Assembly: GCA_000025185.1 (NCBI GenBank)
Contig: CP001848.1
Coordinates: 5,310,001 to 5,342,000, forward strand
Length of the DNA stretch: 32,000 nucleotides
DNA from: Pirellula staleyi DSM 6068
GTDB lineage: Bacteria; Planctomycetota; Planctomycetia; Pirellulales; Pirellulaceae
Reading direction: 5' to 3'
How positions within the stretch are numbered: the stretch's first letter is position 1; each line of letters begins with the position of its first letter. The position numbers and the translations under genes are program-made. Shown here one piece after another: positions 24,326-32,000 of this stretch. The notes beneath the pieces are model-generated. The model had not been told where the DNA came from, ran no database searches, and worked only from the letters and a program-made list of their open reading frames with translations.

Positions 24326-24354
24326 GTTTGGCTGCGAAATTTCCGCCGCCAAAC
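24326..24354. promoter_or_regulatory. 29-nt dyad-symmetric element upstream of the candidate nrtA promoter
   Basis: The plus strand reads GTTTGGC-t-GCGAAATTTCCGC-c-GCCAAAC. The outer 7-bp arms are perfect and the inner 13-mer is nearly palindromic. The centre lies ~47 nt upstream of the -24 GG. Confidence 0.4.
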
Positions 24355-24586
24355 TGCAAAACGCCAATTCCACGGAGGGGCTTGGGAATTCTTTTGCCGC
24401 GCAATCTGGCGGCGCTGCTGCCTAAGAATCACACCGACCCTAAGAGCGCCAGGGTGATCGCGCCGCGACCACTTCTGGTCGCTGCCGAACCGCTGAGGCA
24501 AAAAAAGGTTATTGGCGGGCTATCGACCTTAACGTTTACGAAAACTTCGGCAACTCGATAGATTCTGAGCAATGATCTGCCCCACT

Positions 24587-24624
24587 GGTGTCGACAAAAC
24601 AGGTGTCGCCAGCACATTCGACAC
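24587..24624. promoter_or_regulatory. Three copies of GTGTCG(A/C) in the divergent nrtA/porin intergenic region
   Basis: GGTGTCGAC lies at 24587-24595 and GGTGTCGCC at 24602-24610 (direct, 15-nt period). TCGACAC lies at 24618-24624 (inverted). The cluster is ~90-125 nt upstream of the porin ATG. Confidence 0.35.
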
Positions 24625-24711
24625 GGCCTGCCCGTAGCAATGTTCGCGATTTCTCTCGGCGGAGAAAATTCGGGATGGAGCCCTAGTTTCTTTCGCGGAG
24701 CGAATCCGATC

Positions 24712-26364
24712 ATGCGTGCGCAAGCCTCTATTGTTTCGCTACTTGCCTGCACTTTCGCGGCATTTCCCGGCGTCGCTTTGGCCCAAATCTCGGCGACGCC
24801 TGAGCCGGCCGTCGTTGCCGTCGCCGAAGAGTACAACACAGGCTACGCTGCTGCCGCTAGCCCAGTGCTGGAGCCCACCACCGAGCCCGGGCTCGACTAT
24901 TTTGCCCCCCAGGCCGAAAGCGAATCGCTCCCCTCAGACGTTGCTGCCTACGACCTGTCAGCCGCGTCGAGTTCCAATGCAGAGATGGCTCCCGCCGACG
25001 CTGCGAAGAAGCAAGCCGACCTGAAAAAAGCAGTCGGGAGCGCCTACGCCCCTCTCTTCTTCAACAACAAATTCGACTACATCAACAACCCGCTTTACTC
25101 CGACTGGTATCCCGGTGATGCCCTGAAACGGATGCCGGTGGGTGATTGCATGACGCTCGACATCGGCGGCCAGTATCGGATGCGTCAGCATAGCGAGCGA
25201 AACTTTCGTGGCCTCGGCCTCACTGGCCGCGACGACGACTTCTTGCTCCATCGCACGCGGCTGTTTGCCAACCTCACTTATGGCGATCACATTCGGGTCT
25301 ATGCCGAAGCGATCGATGCCGATTCGAACTACGAAAACTTCGCCCCCCGGCCGATCGAAGTGAATCGGGCCGACATGCTCAATCTGTTCGTCGATTTCAA
25401 ACTGTTCGACTGCGACACGCAGTCGCTGACGGCACGCGTCGGACGTCAAGAATTGCTGTATGGATCGCAGCGTTTGGTTTCCCCTCTCGACTGGGCCAAT
25501 ACGCGGCGCACGTTCGAAGGGCTCAATTTTCTCTGGCGCGGTGAAGACTGGAACGCAGACTTCTTCTACGTCGAGCCGGTGCAAACCGATCCGATCCACT
25601 TCGATTCGGCAATCGACGAGCAAGAGTTTTTTGGGGTCTACGCCACCTACAAAGCGATCAAAGATCAAACGATCGACCTGTTCGCGCTGCAGTACAACAA
25701 TGCCAGTGCGCCGAAGAATTTTCAGTACACCACACTTGGCAGCCGCTGGCAGGGATCGGTCGACAGCTGGCTGTGGGAAACAGAAGGGGGTGTCCAGTTC
25801 GGCGAGAACAGCGACGGCTCTGATCATTCGGCAGGATACTGGACTCTCGGCGGCGGCCGGAAATTCGACCACTGCTGGAAACCAACGCTGTGGGTCTACT
25901 ACGACTGGGCCAGCGGAGGGGATGTGCTGGGAGCAGGCAATGGCTTTGACCACCTGTTTCCCTTGGCCCACAAGTACCTCGGTTTCATGGATCTGTTTGC
26001 TCGCAGCAATATCGAATCGCCCAACGTTCAGCTGACCTTCTCGCCACGTGAGAAGATCAACATGACGGTCTGGTATCACTACCTGTTCCTGGAAACGACT
26101 GGTGACACCCCTTACAACGTGAACATGACCCCGTTTAAGTCGGGCAACGCGCCTCCCAGCAGCGACCTGGGACATGAAATCGACTTCACCGTGCAGTATG
26201 TGATCAATCCACGGATGGATGTGCTGTTTGGCTACTCGCACTTCTTTGCGGGGGACTACTACAAGCTCTCGCCAGTGGGTCCTGTGGCTCCTTCCGGTAC
26301 ACCTGGTGTGCCCTATGCGGGAGACGCCAGTTTCTTCTACACGCAGTTCACCTGGAACTTCTGA
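24712..26364 (+). CDS. Alginate-export (AlgE-like) family outer-membrane porin
   Basis: The start is taken at ATG 24712, with signal peptide MRAQASIVSLLACTFAAFPGVALAQ. The barrel part shows the family pattern as I recall it: LDIGGQYRMRQH...FLLHRTRLFANLTYGDHIRVYAEAIDA...ARVGRQELLYGSQRLVSPLDWANTRRTFEGL.F.W. It ends ...FFYTQFTWNF (terminal Phe beta-signal). Confidence 0.7.
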   Translation: MRAQASIVSLLACTFAAFPGVALAQISATPEPAVVAVAEEYNTGYAAAASPVLEPTTEPGLDYFAPQAESESLPSDVAAYDLSAASSSNAEMAPADAAKKQADLKKAVGSAYAPLFFNNKFDYINNPLYSDWYPGDALKRMPVGDCMTLDIGGQYRMRQHSERNFRGLGLTGRDDDFLLHRTRLFANLTYGDHIRVYAEAIDADSNYENFAPRPIEVNRADMLNLFVDFKLFDCDTQSLTARVGRQELLYGSQRLVSPLDWANTRRTFEGLNFLWRGEDWNADFFYVEPVQTDPIHFDSAIDEQEFFGVYATYKAIKDQTIDLFALQYNNASAPKNFQYTTLGSRWQGSVDSWLWETEGGVQFGENSDGSDHSAGYWTLGGGRKFDHCWKPTLWVYYDWASGGDVLGAGNGFDHLFPLAHKYLGFMDLFARSNIESPNVQLTFSPREKINMTVWYHYLFLETTGDTPYNVNMTPFKSGNAPPSSDLGHEIDFTVQYVINPRMDVLFGYSHFFAGDYYKLSPVGPVAPSGTPGVPYAGDASFFYTQFTWNF

Positions 26365-26704
26365 GTCGAAGGAACGCTTCATCCGGCGCGTGATGGAAGT
26401 CGATGCATCCGCAATACTGTGCATCTGCGGGCGATAATCCCGGCGGTGAGACGAGCGCAGAACGTCACCGCTGGTTGCATGGCGTCAGCCGCTACGCTAC
26501 CAATCGGGCATCGCATGCTCGCTCGCTAGGCATTTTGCCCGGCGTGTTTCCTTAGCGGCATCAACCTCTCCCCAGCCAGCGTGTAGCGGAATTCGCTTTT
26601 CCACTACATATGTAGCCGACGCGGCACACGGTTTGCCGCCCATAGATGATAAGGTTCCACCAGTGGCGAGTGAATCTCGAGCGACAGACGCAGCGGGCGA
26701 GGCC

Positions 26705-28240
26705 ATGGACTATTCGGGGAGTCGACGACCGTTACGCATCCTCGTCATTGACGACGATCCTCTCGTTGCGCGCTTCGTGCAATCGATTAAGACCTTACCG
26801 ACCTTTGAATTGATCTGCTGTCGTACGCTCGCCGAAGCCCGCCGGCAATCGCTGTCGCGGCTCGACACCGTTCTGCTCGACCAAGGTTTGCCCGATGGCG
26901 AAGGGCTTTCGCTGCTCGACGAGATTCGCGCTTGCGATCCCCATTTGCCGGTTCTGTTCATCACCGCCCAGGTTGGAAGCCGGACCGCGATCGAAGCCAT
27001 GAAGCGCGGCGCGTTTGATTACCTCACCAAGCCACTCGATCTCGCCGCGCTTGCGCGTCAGCTAGAACTGACCCTCGAAGCGCGCCGACTGACGCGCACG
27101 CCAGTGGTGATTGCGCGCGCTGGTGAAACGCCCGATGATGTCAGCGATGTACTCGTTGGCAATAGCGCTGCAATGTCGGCTGTGTACAAAGCGATCGGTC
27201 GCGCTGCTTCGAGCGATGCCCCGATTCTGCTGGTCGGCGAAATGGGGGTCGGGAAACTCCTGGCCGCACGTGCGATTCGCCAGCATAGCGCGCGAGCATC
27301 TGAAGCGTTTCGCGTCGTCGCTTGCAACGGCGTTTCGCTCGAGCAACTCGAGCTGCAACTTTTTGGCGACGATCACACAGCTGGCAAGCTCGAGCAATGT
27401 GCCCGCGGTATCGTAGTGATCGAGGATATCGATCTTGCGCCGCTGTCGATTCAAACCCGTCTGCTGCAGCACTTGCTTCCCGGTAGCTTTCCGAGCGAAT
27501 CGGATAAACCGCGAACCGTAGCCCCCGCCGAGAACGCCAGTCTCTCGACGCCACGGATCATTGCCACCACTTCGCAAAACCTGGAAGAGATGGTTGGCCG
27601 TTCACTTTTTCGATCAGAACTCTACTACCTGCTCCGCACGATCACGATTACACTTCCGCCGCTGCGACTCCGTCGCGAAGATATTCCTCCACTGGTCGAT
27701 CACTTCATCAGCCGCATGGCTCACCTCAGTCCGCAGTACAACATCTCGAACGTCCGTGTTTCTCCCCCTGCGCTCGCCATGCTGGTGAATCACGACTGGC
27801 CCGGCAATCTCGACGAATTACAAAGTGTGATTCGTCACGCGCTGATGGAGAGTACCGGCGCGGTGGTCGCTTCCGATACGCTGCAGCGGCTTCTTAAAAA
27901 CCAGCCTACGCTTGTGCATGCGCCGACTCATGCAACGAGCGAAGCGACCACCACTCACTGGCGCAGTTTTGTCGCCGATCACGTTTTTCACGAGAAAAAC
28001 GATCTCTACGCCGATGCGATTGCCGAGATGGAGCGGCAGGTGATTGCCTTGGTCCTCGAAGAGACCAAAGGGAACATTGCCCACGCAGCGCGGCTGCTCG
28101 GCATCACCCGTGGCAGTTTACGAAAGAAGGCTCGCACACACGATCTGCTGGCTAAACATGTGGCCGATTTGGGCGATGACCAAGAGGAACCTGCCACCGA
28201 TGCGCCATCACCGATCAGCCTGGATACGCCGCAACAATGA
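26705..28240 (+). CDS. NtrC-family response regulator (REC + degenerate AAA+ + Fis-type HTH)
   Basis: REC domain: LRILVIDDD...TVLLDQGLPDGEG...VLFITAQ...YLTKP. AAA+ domain: LVGNSAAMSAVYKAIGRAA...ILLVGEMGVGKLLAARAI... C-terminal HTH: EMERQVIALVLEETKGNIAHAARLLGITRGSLRKK. The start is taken at ATG 26705; the ORF is open from TTG 26633. Its stop overlaps the kinase start (ATGA at 28237-28240). Confidence 0.85.
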   Translation: MDYSGSRRPLRILVIDDDPLVARFVQSIKTLPTFELICCRTLAEARRQSLSRLDTVLLDQGLPDGEGLSLLDEIRACDPHLPVLFITAQVGSRTAIEAMKRGAFDYLTKPLDLAALARQLELTLEARRLTRTPVVIARAGETPDDVSDVLVGNSAAMSAVYKAIGRAASSDAPILLVGEMGVGKLLAARAIRQHSARASEAFRVVACNGVSLEQLELQLFGDDHTAGKLEQCARGIVVIEDIDLAPLSIQTRLLQHLLPGSFPSESDKPRTVAPAENASLSTPRIIATTSQNLEEMVGRSLFRSELYYLLRTITITLPPLRLRREDIPPLVDHFISRMAHLSPQYNISNVRVSPPALAMLVNHDWPGNLDELQSVIRHALMESTGAVVASDTLQRLLKNQPTLVHAPTHATSEATTTHWRSFVADHVFHEKNDLYADAIAEMERQVIALVLEETKGNIAHAARLLGITRGSLRKKARTHDLLAKHVADLGDDQEEPATDAPSPISLDTPQQ

Positions 28241-30519
28241 GTCGTCTGGGGCCATCGAAAGGATCTAGCTCCACCGCTGCGAGTGCCGTGCGATTAACGC
28301 GGCTGTACATCGCTGCGCTTTCCGCAGTCGCGCTCCTCACGCTCGCTGGTCAGGTTTTGGTGCAGTTCTCGCTCTCGACGCAAGTGGCCGATGCCCGCGT
28401 GGTGAATCTTGCGGGACGACAGCGCATGCTGAGTCAAAAGATCACCAAAAGCATTTTGGCCATGCAACAAGCCCGCGATGCTGCCACACGCACTGCTTTT
28501 CGCGAGGAAGTCGAAACCGCGCTTCCACTGTTCGTGCGGAGCCATCACGCACTGCAATTCGGAGATCGAGAACTCGGGCTCCCTGGAAACAATAGCGCGC
28601 CGATTGCTGCCATGTTCTCCAAACTCGAGCCACAATTCCAAACAATCGCGACCCTCGCCCAAAATGTTCTGGTACTCACCGATCCAGACTCCGCTACAAC
28701 GACTACCCCTGCTACGGTGGACCTTCAGAAATATTCGGAGCCATTGCTTGCAACCGAGCAACTCTTCCTCGCATCGATGGACACGATCGTTTTCGAGTTC
28801 GATCGCGAAGCTGAAGCGCGCGTCGAGCGACTCCGCTTGATCGAAACACTTTTGTTCGTCACCACACTGCTTGTCTTGCTACTCGAAGGATGGCTAGTTT
28901 TCCGGCCAGCCGTCGCACAAATCGAGCAGCATACTAGCGATCTGGTAAAGTCGCAGCACGAACTGCAACAGGCGAAAGAAGTGGCCGAAAATGCGAATCG
29001 CGAGAAAGATTTGCTCCTCGCGAACGTGAGCCACGAACTACGCAATCCCTTGCATGCGATTTTGGGATACAGCGATCTTGTGCTGCGGGATCTTCCAAGC
29101 TCAGTAGCGCGCGAGCATCTTGCCATCATTCGTGACGCAGCCGAAACCCAGTTGCGGCTGGTTAACGATCTGCTCGATATCTCGCAGCTCACAAGTTCCA
29201 CGCTCAGGCTGCAGCTCGAGCCCGTAGATCCCCACAGCATCATTCGCCGCTGTCTCTCGATCACCGCGCCGCTCGCCACGCAGAAAAACATCCAGCTTCG
29301 CTTGATCCCCCACACGCAGAAGGGACAATCTCTCGCGGAAAACGCCCCCACCTATGTCGAGGCCGATCCGCTACGACTCTTGCAGGTACTCTGGAATCTC
29401 GTCACCAACGCCATCAAGTTTTCTGAGCATGGCGAGGTAACGATTCATACCTGCACCGATTGGGAGCATAGCCGCTTCACAATCACCGTACGCGATCGAG
29501 GCCCAGGGATTGGACTTGCTGAACAAACGAAAATCTTCGATCCGTTCTATCAGATCGATACGTCGCTCGAACGCAAGCATGGCGGCATCGGTTTGGGACT
29601 AGCCATCTGCAAATTTCTGGTCGAAGGGATGGGAGGTTCGATTCGTCTTGAGAGCGAACTGAGCCAGGGAAGTGAATTTACGATCGAGCTGCGGACCACA
29701 TCTCCACCGGAAACTCAAGCGGCTCAGGACACCGCGAAGCAAGCGACGCTCGCGAATGAATCCGCTCATCCACAGCCGTTGCAACTACTCGTGGTCGACG
29801 ACGATCCGATCAACCTCAAGCTGCTCGATGCGTGGCTCACTCCGCTCGGACACAAAGTGCTCTGCGCTAGTAGCGTTGCCGGTGCCTTTGAACTGTTTGC
29901 TCAACATGGATCAATCGATGCCTGTCTGATCGACATCCAGATGCCGAGCGTAAGTGGCACCGCTTTCGCCCAACAGCTGCGCGCGATGCTGCTGGTTCAG
30001 AAGACTTCCGTTCCACGTCTGATTGCCGTTTCGGCTACAGCCAAACCGGCATCCACGGAAGATTTGCCGTTTGATGATTGGCTCGAGAAACCGATCGCGC
30101 TGCTCGACTTGCTCCACGCGCTTCCAAGCAACTCGTTAATGCACACCGCGCGACAACGGACAGCGTCTCAAGCCTCGGAACGCTGGAATGCGGCGCTCGA
30201 TCGATTGAGCGGCAATCACGAACTGCTGCAACTGCTGGCGAGCGATTTTTTGGAAGGTATTCCGCGGATCTCAGCGGATCTGCGGACTGCGGTCAACGAG
30301 GGAAACCTCACCGAGCAGCGTCGCATCGTGCATCTGCTGCGAGGGCAAGTTTCTGTCTTTCAAGCGACGCAGCTGGCCGAGGAATTACTGCGTTATGAAA
30401 CAGTCGACCATGCTTCGGCGACTCCTCCGGCGATCAACCTACCACGCCTGGAAATGCTTACCTCGGAGCTTTGCGCGGAACTGCGACAGCTGCTGGCTAG
30501 CCCGCTCCACTCGTCTTGA
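28237..30519 (+). CDS. Hybrid sensor histidine kinase: PilJ/NarX-like periplasmic four-helix sensor, HisKA, HATPase_c, REC, HPt
   Basis: TM1 is LYIAALSAVALLTLAGQVLVQF. The periplasmic segment carries VVNLAGRQRMLSQKITK (a P-box-like motif), followed by TM2. The H-box is LLANVSHELRNPLHAILGYSDL. The ATP-binding part includes DRGPGI...GGIGLGLAICK. The receiver is LQLLVVDDDPINLKLL...ACLIDIQMP...LEKP. The C-terminal HPt segment is RRIVHLLRGQVSVF. Confidence 0.85.
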   Translation: MSRLGPSKGSSSTAASAVRLTRLYIAALSAVALLTLAGQVLVQFSLSTQVADARVVNLAGRQRMLSQKITKSILAMQQARDAATRTAFREEVETALPLFVRSHHALQFGDRELGLPGNNSAPIAAMFSKLEPQFQTIATLAQNVLVLTDPDSATTTTPATVDLQKYSEPLLATEQLFLASMDTIVFEFDREAEARVERLRLIETLLFVTTLLVLLLEGWLVFRPAVAQIEQHTSDLVKSQHELQQAKEVAENANREKDLLLANVSHELRNPLHAILGYSDLVLRDLPSSVAREHLAIIRDAAETQLRLVNDLLDISQLTSSTLRLQLEPVDPHSIIRRCLSITAPLATQKNIQLRLIPHTQKGQSLAENAPTYVEADPLRLLQVLWNLVTNAIKFSEHGEVTIHTCTDWEHSRFTITVRDRGPGIGLAEQTKIFDPFYQIDTSLERKHGGIGLGLAICKFLVEGMGGSIRLESELSQGSEFTIELRTTSPPETQAAQDTAKQATLANESAHPQPLQLLVVDDDPINLKLLDAWLTPLGHKVLCASSVAGAFELFAQHGSIDACLIDIQMPSVSGTAFAQQLRAMLLVQKTSVPRLIAVSATAKPASTEDLPFDDWLEKPIALLDLLHALPSNSLMHTARQRTASQASERWNAALDRLSGNHELLQLLASDFLEGIPRISADLRTAVNEGNLTEQRRIVHLLRGQVSVFQATQLAEELLRYETVDHASATPPAINLPRLEMLTSELCAELRQLLASPLHSS

Positions 30520-30535
30520 TGGGGGCTGGCGATCA

Positions 30536-31243
30536 CTACTCTCCGCGGAAGCGATAGCCGACCCCTTGCTCGGTAAGGATATACTGCGGACGAGCAGGAT
30601 CGACTTCGATTTTGCGACGGAGTCCCGCGACAAACACACGCAAGTAGTGATTCTCTTGCGAATCTTGCGGTCCCCAGACTTCGCGCAGCAGAAATCGATG
30701 CGTGAGGACTTTTCCAGCATGCTTGATCATCGTGATCAGCAGCTTGTACTCGAGTGGTGTTAGATGGACTTCCTCTTGCTTGCGATAAACCAGTCGCGAA
30801 GCAAAGTCGACTTTCAAATCGCCGATGGTGGTCGCTGTCGCTTCCGTCCCTGTGCGATGCGAGTGTCGCAGCGCGGTTCGCATCCGCGCGAGTAGTTCTC
30901 CCATGCTGAATGGTTTCGTGACGTAGTCGTCGGCACCATGATCGAGCGCCTTGATCTTCTGCGACTCTTGATCGCGGGCCGACAAAATGATGATTGGCGA
31001 CGTATACCATTCGCGCAGTTGCTCGAGCACTTCTTGTCCATCGCGATCTGGCAAACCCAAATCGAGCAGAATGAGATCGGGAGGTGGACTCGTAGCAATT
31101 TTGAGTCCTTCCGCTGCGCTCGAAGCCTCTTGGATGCGGTAACCTTCACTGGTGAGCGACGCGCGCAGCATTTTCCGGATCGGTGCTTCGTCTTCGATGA
31201 TAAGGACCAGCGGATCATGCATAAATCGAACCATCGTCTCCAT
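30536..31243 (-). CDS. kdpE: OmpR-family response regulator KdpE
   Basis: LVLIIEDEAPIRKMLRASLTSEGYRIQEA...PDLILLDLGLPDRDGQEVLEQLREWYTSPIIILSARDQESQKIKALDHGADDYVTKPFSMGELLARMRTALR is nearly collinear with E. coli KdpE as recalled. A winged-helix C-terminus follows (LTPLEYKLL...GVGYRF). It lies directly downstream of kdpD. The start could be 31243, 31234 or 31222. Confidence 0.85.
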   Translation of the reverse strand: METMVRFMHDPLVLIIEDEAPIRKMLRASLTSEGYRIQEASSAAEGLKIATSPPPDLILLDLGLPDRDGQEVLEQLREWYTSPIIILSARDQESQKIKALDHGADDYVTKPFSMGELLARMRTALRHSHRTGTEATATTIGDLKVDFASRLVYRKQEEVHLTPLEYKLLITMIKHAGKVLTHRFLLREVWGPQDSQENHYLRVFVAGLRRKIEVDPARPQYILTEQGVGYRFRGE

Positions 31244-31251
31244 GGTTGTGC

Positions 31252-32000
31252 TCAGCTGGCACGACTTGAATCACTCGGCGACAAAGGAACTTGCGGAATA
31301 TCTTGAGCGAGTGGCAAATGAATCACAAACTCTGCACCTCCCGCCGGGAGATTTGCCGCTTCAATACGACCACCGTGCACCTTCACGATCGCGCGGCAAA
31401 TGGCGAGCCCCAGTCCACTGCCACGTCCACCATCGGCCGAAGGAAACGCGCGGTAGAACTTGTCGAATACTTTCTCTTCGGCTCCGGCAGGGAGTCCTGG
31501 TCCGTTGTCGGCCACCGTCACACGCACCTCTTGTCCCTCGACCACCGCACGAACCGAAATCGTACTTCCCGCAGTTGTGTACCGCGCTGCATTCTCCAAG
31601 AGATTGACAAACACTTGCTCCATCAGCAAGCCATCGAGACGCAAAAGGGGAAGCTGCTCGGGTATCTGAATGATCAGCTGATGCTGCGTGAGCGATTTTT
31701 CGATCCGACGAATCGACGAACCGACAATCTCTTCGAGCATATGCCACTCGAGATGCGGGGGAGAAGCCCCGGCGTCGAGTTTCGACATCTGCAAAATATT
31801 CTCGAGCAGCCGGCCGAGCCGAACAGCTTCCTCGGCGACGGTCTGCAGCAACTGCTCGCGCGTCGATGGTGGTAGCGACGAGGCTTCGAGCAGCGTGCTG
31901 CTGGCCCCTGCAATTGCCGCCAGCGGCGTTTTTAAGTCATGCGAAACACTGCTCAAGAGACTGCTGCGCACCTGTTCTGCCTCGGCTTTCACGCGCGCGT
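31252..32000 (-). CDS. kdpD: Sensor histidine kinase KdpD, C-terminal transmitter part (5' end outside the window)
   Basis: The frame is open to the window edge. The H-box is LLSSVSHDLKTPLAAIAGASSTL, followed by the HATPase region (NLLENAARYT, DNGPGLP, GSGLGLAICRAIV). The kdpE gene sits immediately downstream. Confidence 0.8.
   Translation of the reverse strand, partial: ARVKAEAEQVRSSLLSSVSHDLKTPLAAIAGASSTLLEASSLPPSTREQLLQTVAEEAVRLGRLLENILQMSKLDAGASPPHLEWHMLEEIVGSSIRRIEKSLTQHQLIIQIPEQLPLLRLDGLLMEQVFVNLLENAARYTTAGSTISVRAVVEGQEVRVTVADNGPGLPAGAEEKVFDKFYRAFPSADGGRGSGLGLAICRAIVKVHGGRIEAANLPAGGAEFVIHLPLAQDIPQVPLSPSDSSRAS

Noticed and set aside
24470-24520. Possible attenuator/terminator in the nrtA upstream region (AAGGT...ACCTT followed by T7 on the minus strand).
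   Set aside because: It has only a 5-bp stem with a 16-nt loop. It also lies upstream of the candidate promoter, so it is not a credible terminator.
24624-24639. Second sigma-54-like element on the plus strand upstream of the porin gene (CGGCCTGCCCGTAGCA).
   Set aside because: The GG/GC spacing is right and it shares the TAGC -12 box with the nrtA candidate. However, the -24 box (GGCCTG) departs from TGGCAC at conserved positions. This is too weak to call from sequence alone.
24958-26424. 488-aa minus-strand ORF antisense to the porin gene.
   Set aside because: Same reasoning. The plus-strand frame has a signal peptide, amphipathic beta-strands and a terminal Phe. The antisense translation is Arg/Val-rich and featureless.
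26604-26615. 12-bp perfect palindrome CTACATATGTAG ~90 nt upstream of the regulator gene.
   Set aside because: Perfect 12-bp palindromes are expected several times by chance in 32 kb (about 32000/4^6). There is no second copy or supporting context.
1-32000. Scan for tRNA, rRNA, CRISPR arrays and obvious toxin-antitoxin or defence genes.
   Set aside because: By eye, the intergenic regions contain no cloverleaf-like T-arm/anticodon pattern, no rRNA-like segments, and no short regularly spaced direct repeats. A tRNAscan or Rfam run would be needed to exclude small RNAs formally.

Overview
The window looks like planctomycete chromosomal DNA. This is an inference from a BBP7-type outer-membrane barrel, an 'LE-R--LA' N-terminal leader on a giant repeat protein, and high GC. 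No database search was possible.

Gene content, left to right:
- 3' end of an MDR-type dehydrogenase gene.
- nhaA.
- An MscS-family channel gene cleanly split by an 849-bp IS5-family element with a 4-bp CTAG duplication.
- A PRC-barrel gene.
- An AT-richer non-coding stretch with a strong minus-strand terminator.
- A 70-aa lipoprotein gene.
- A 1,670-aa surface protein made of 15 tandem ~96-aa cadherin/VCBS-like repeats, followed by a BBP7 beta-barrel gene.
- An eight-gene minus-strand nitrate-assimilation operon: nrtABCD, a DmsB/DmsC-like fusion, nasA, nirA and an RnfB-FeS/FNR fusion.
- A divergent alginate-export-type porin gene.
- A translationally coupled two-component pair: a degenerate NtrC-like regulator and a NarX/PilJ-type hybrid kinase.
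- kdpE and the 3' part of kdpD.

The most interesting content is the nitrate operon. Both reductases carry unusual dedicated electron-supply partners. One is a membrane quinol-anchor/four-cluster ferredoxin fusion next to a Tat-less NasA. The other is an FeS-FNR fusion lacking a flavodoxin domain next to NirA. The adjacent regulator is NtrC-like but has lost the GAFTGA loop, even though a good sigma-54-type -24/-12 element lies upstream of nrtA.

No rRNA, tRNA or CRISPR array was recognised.
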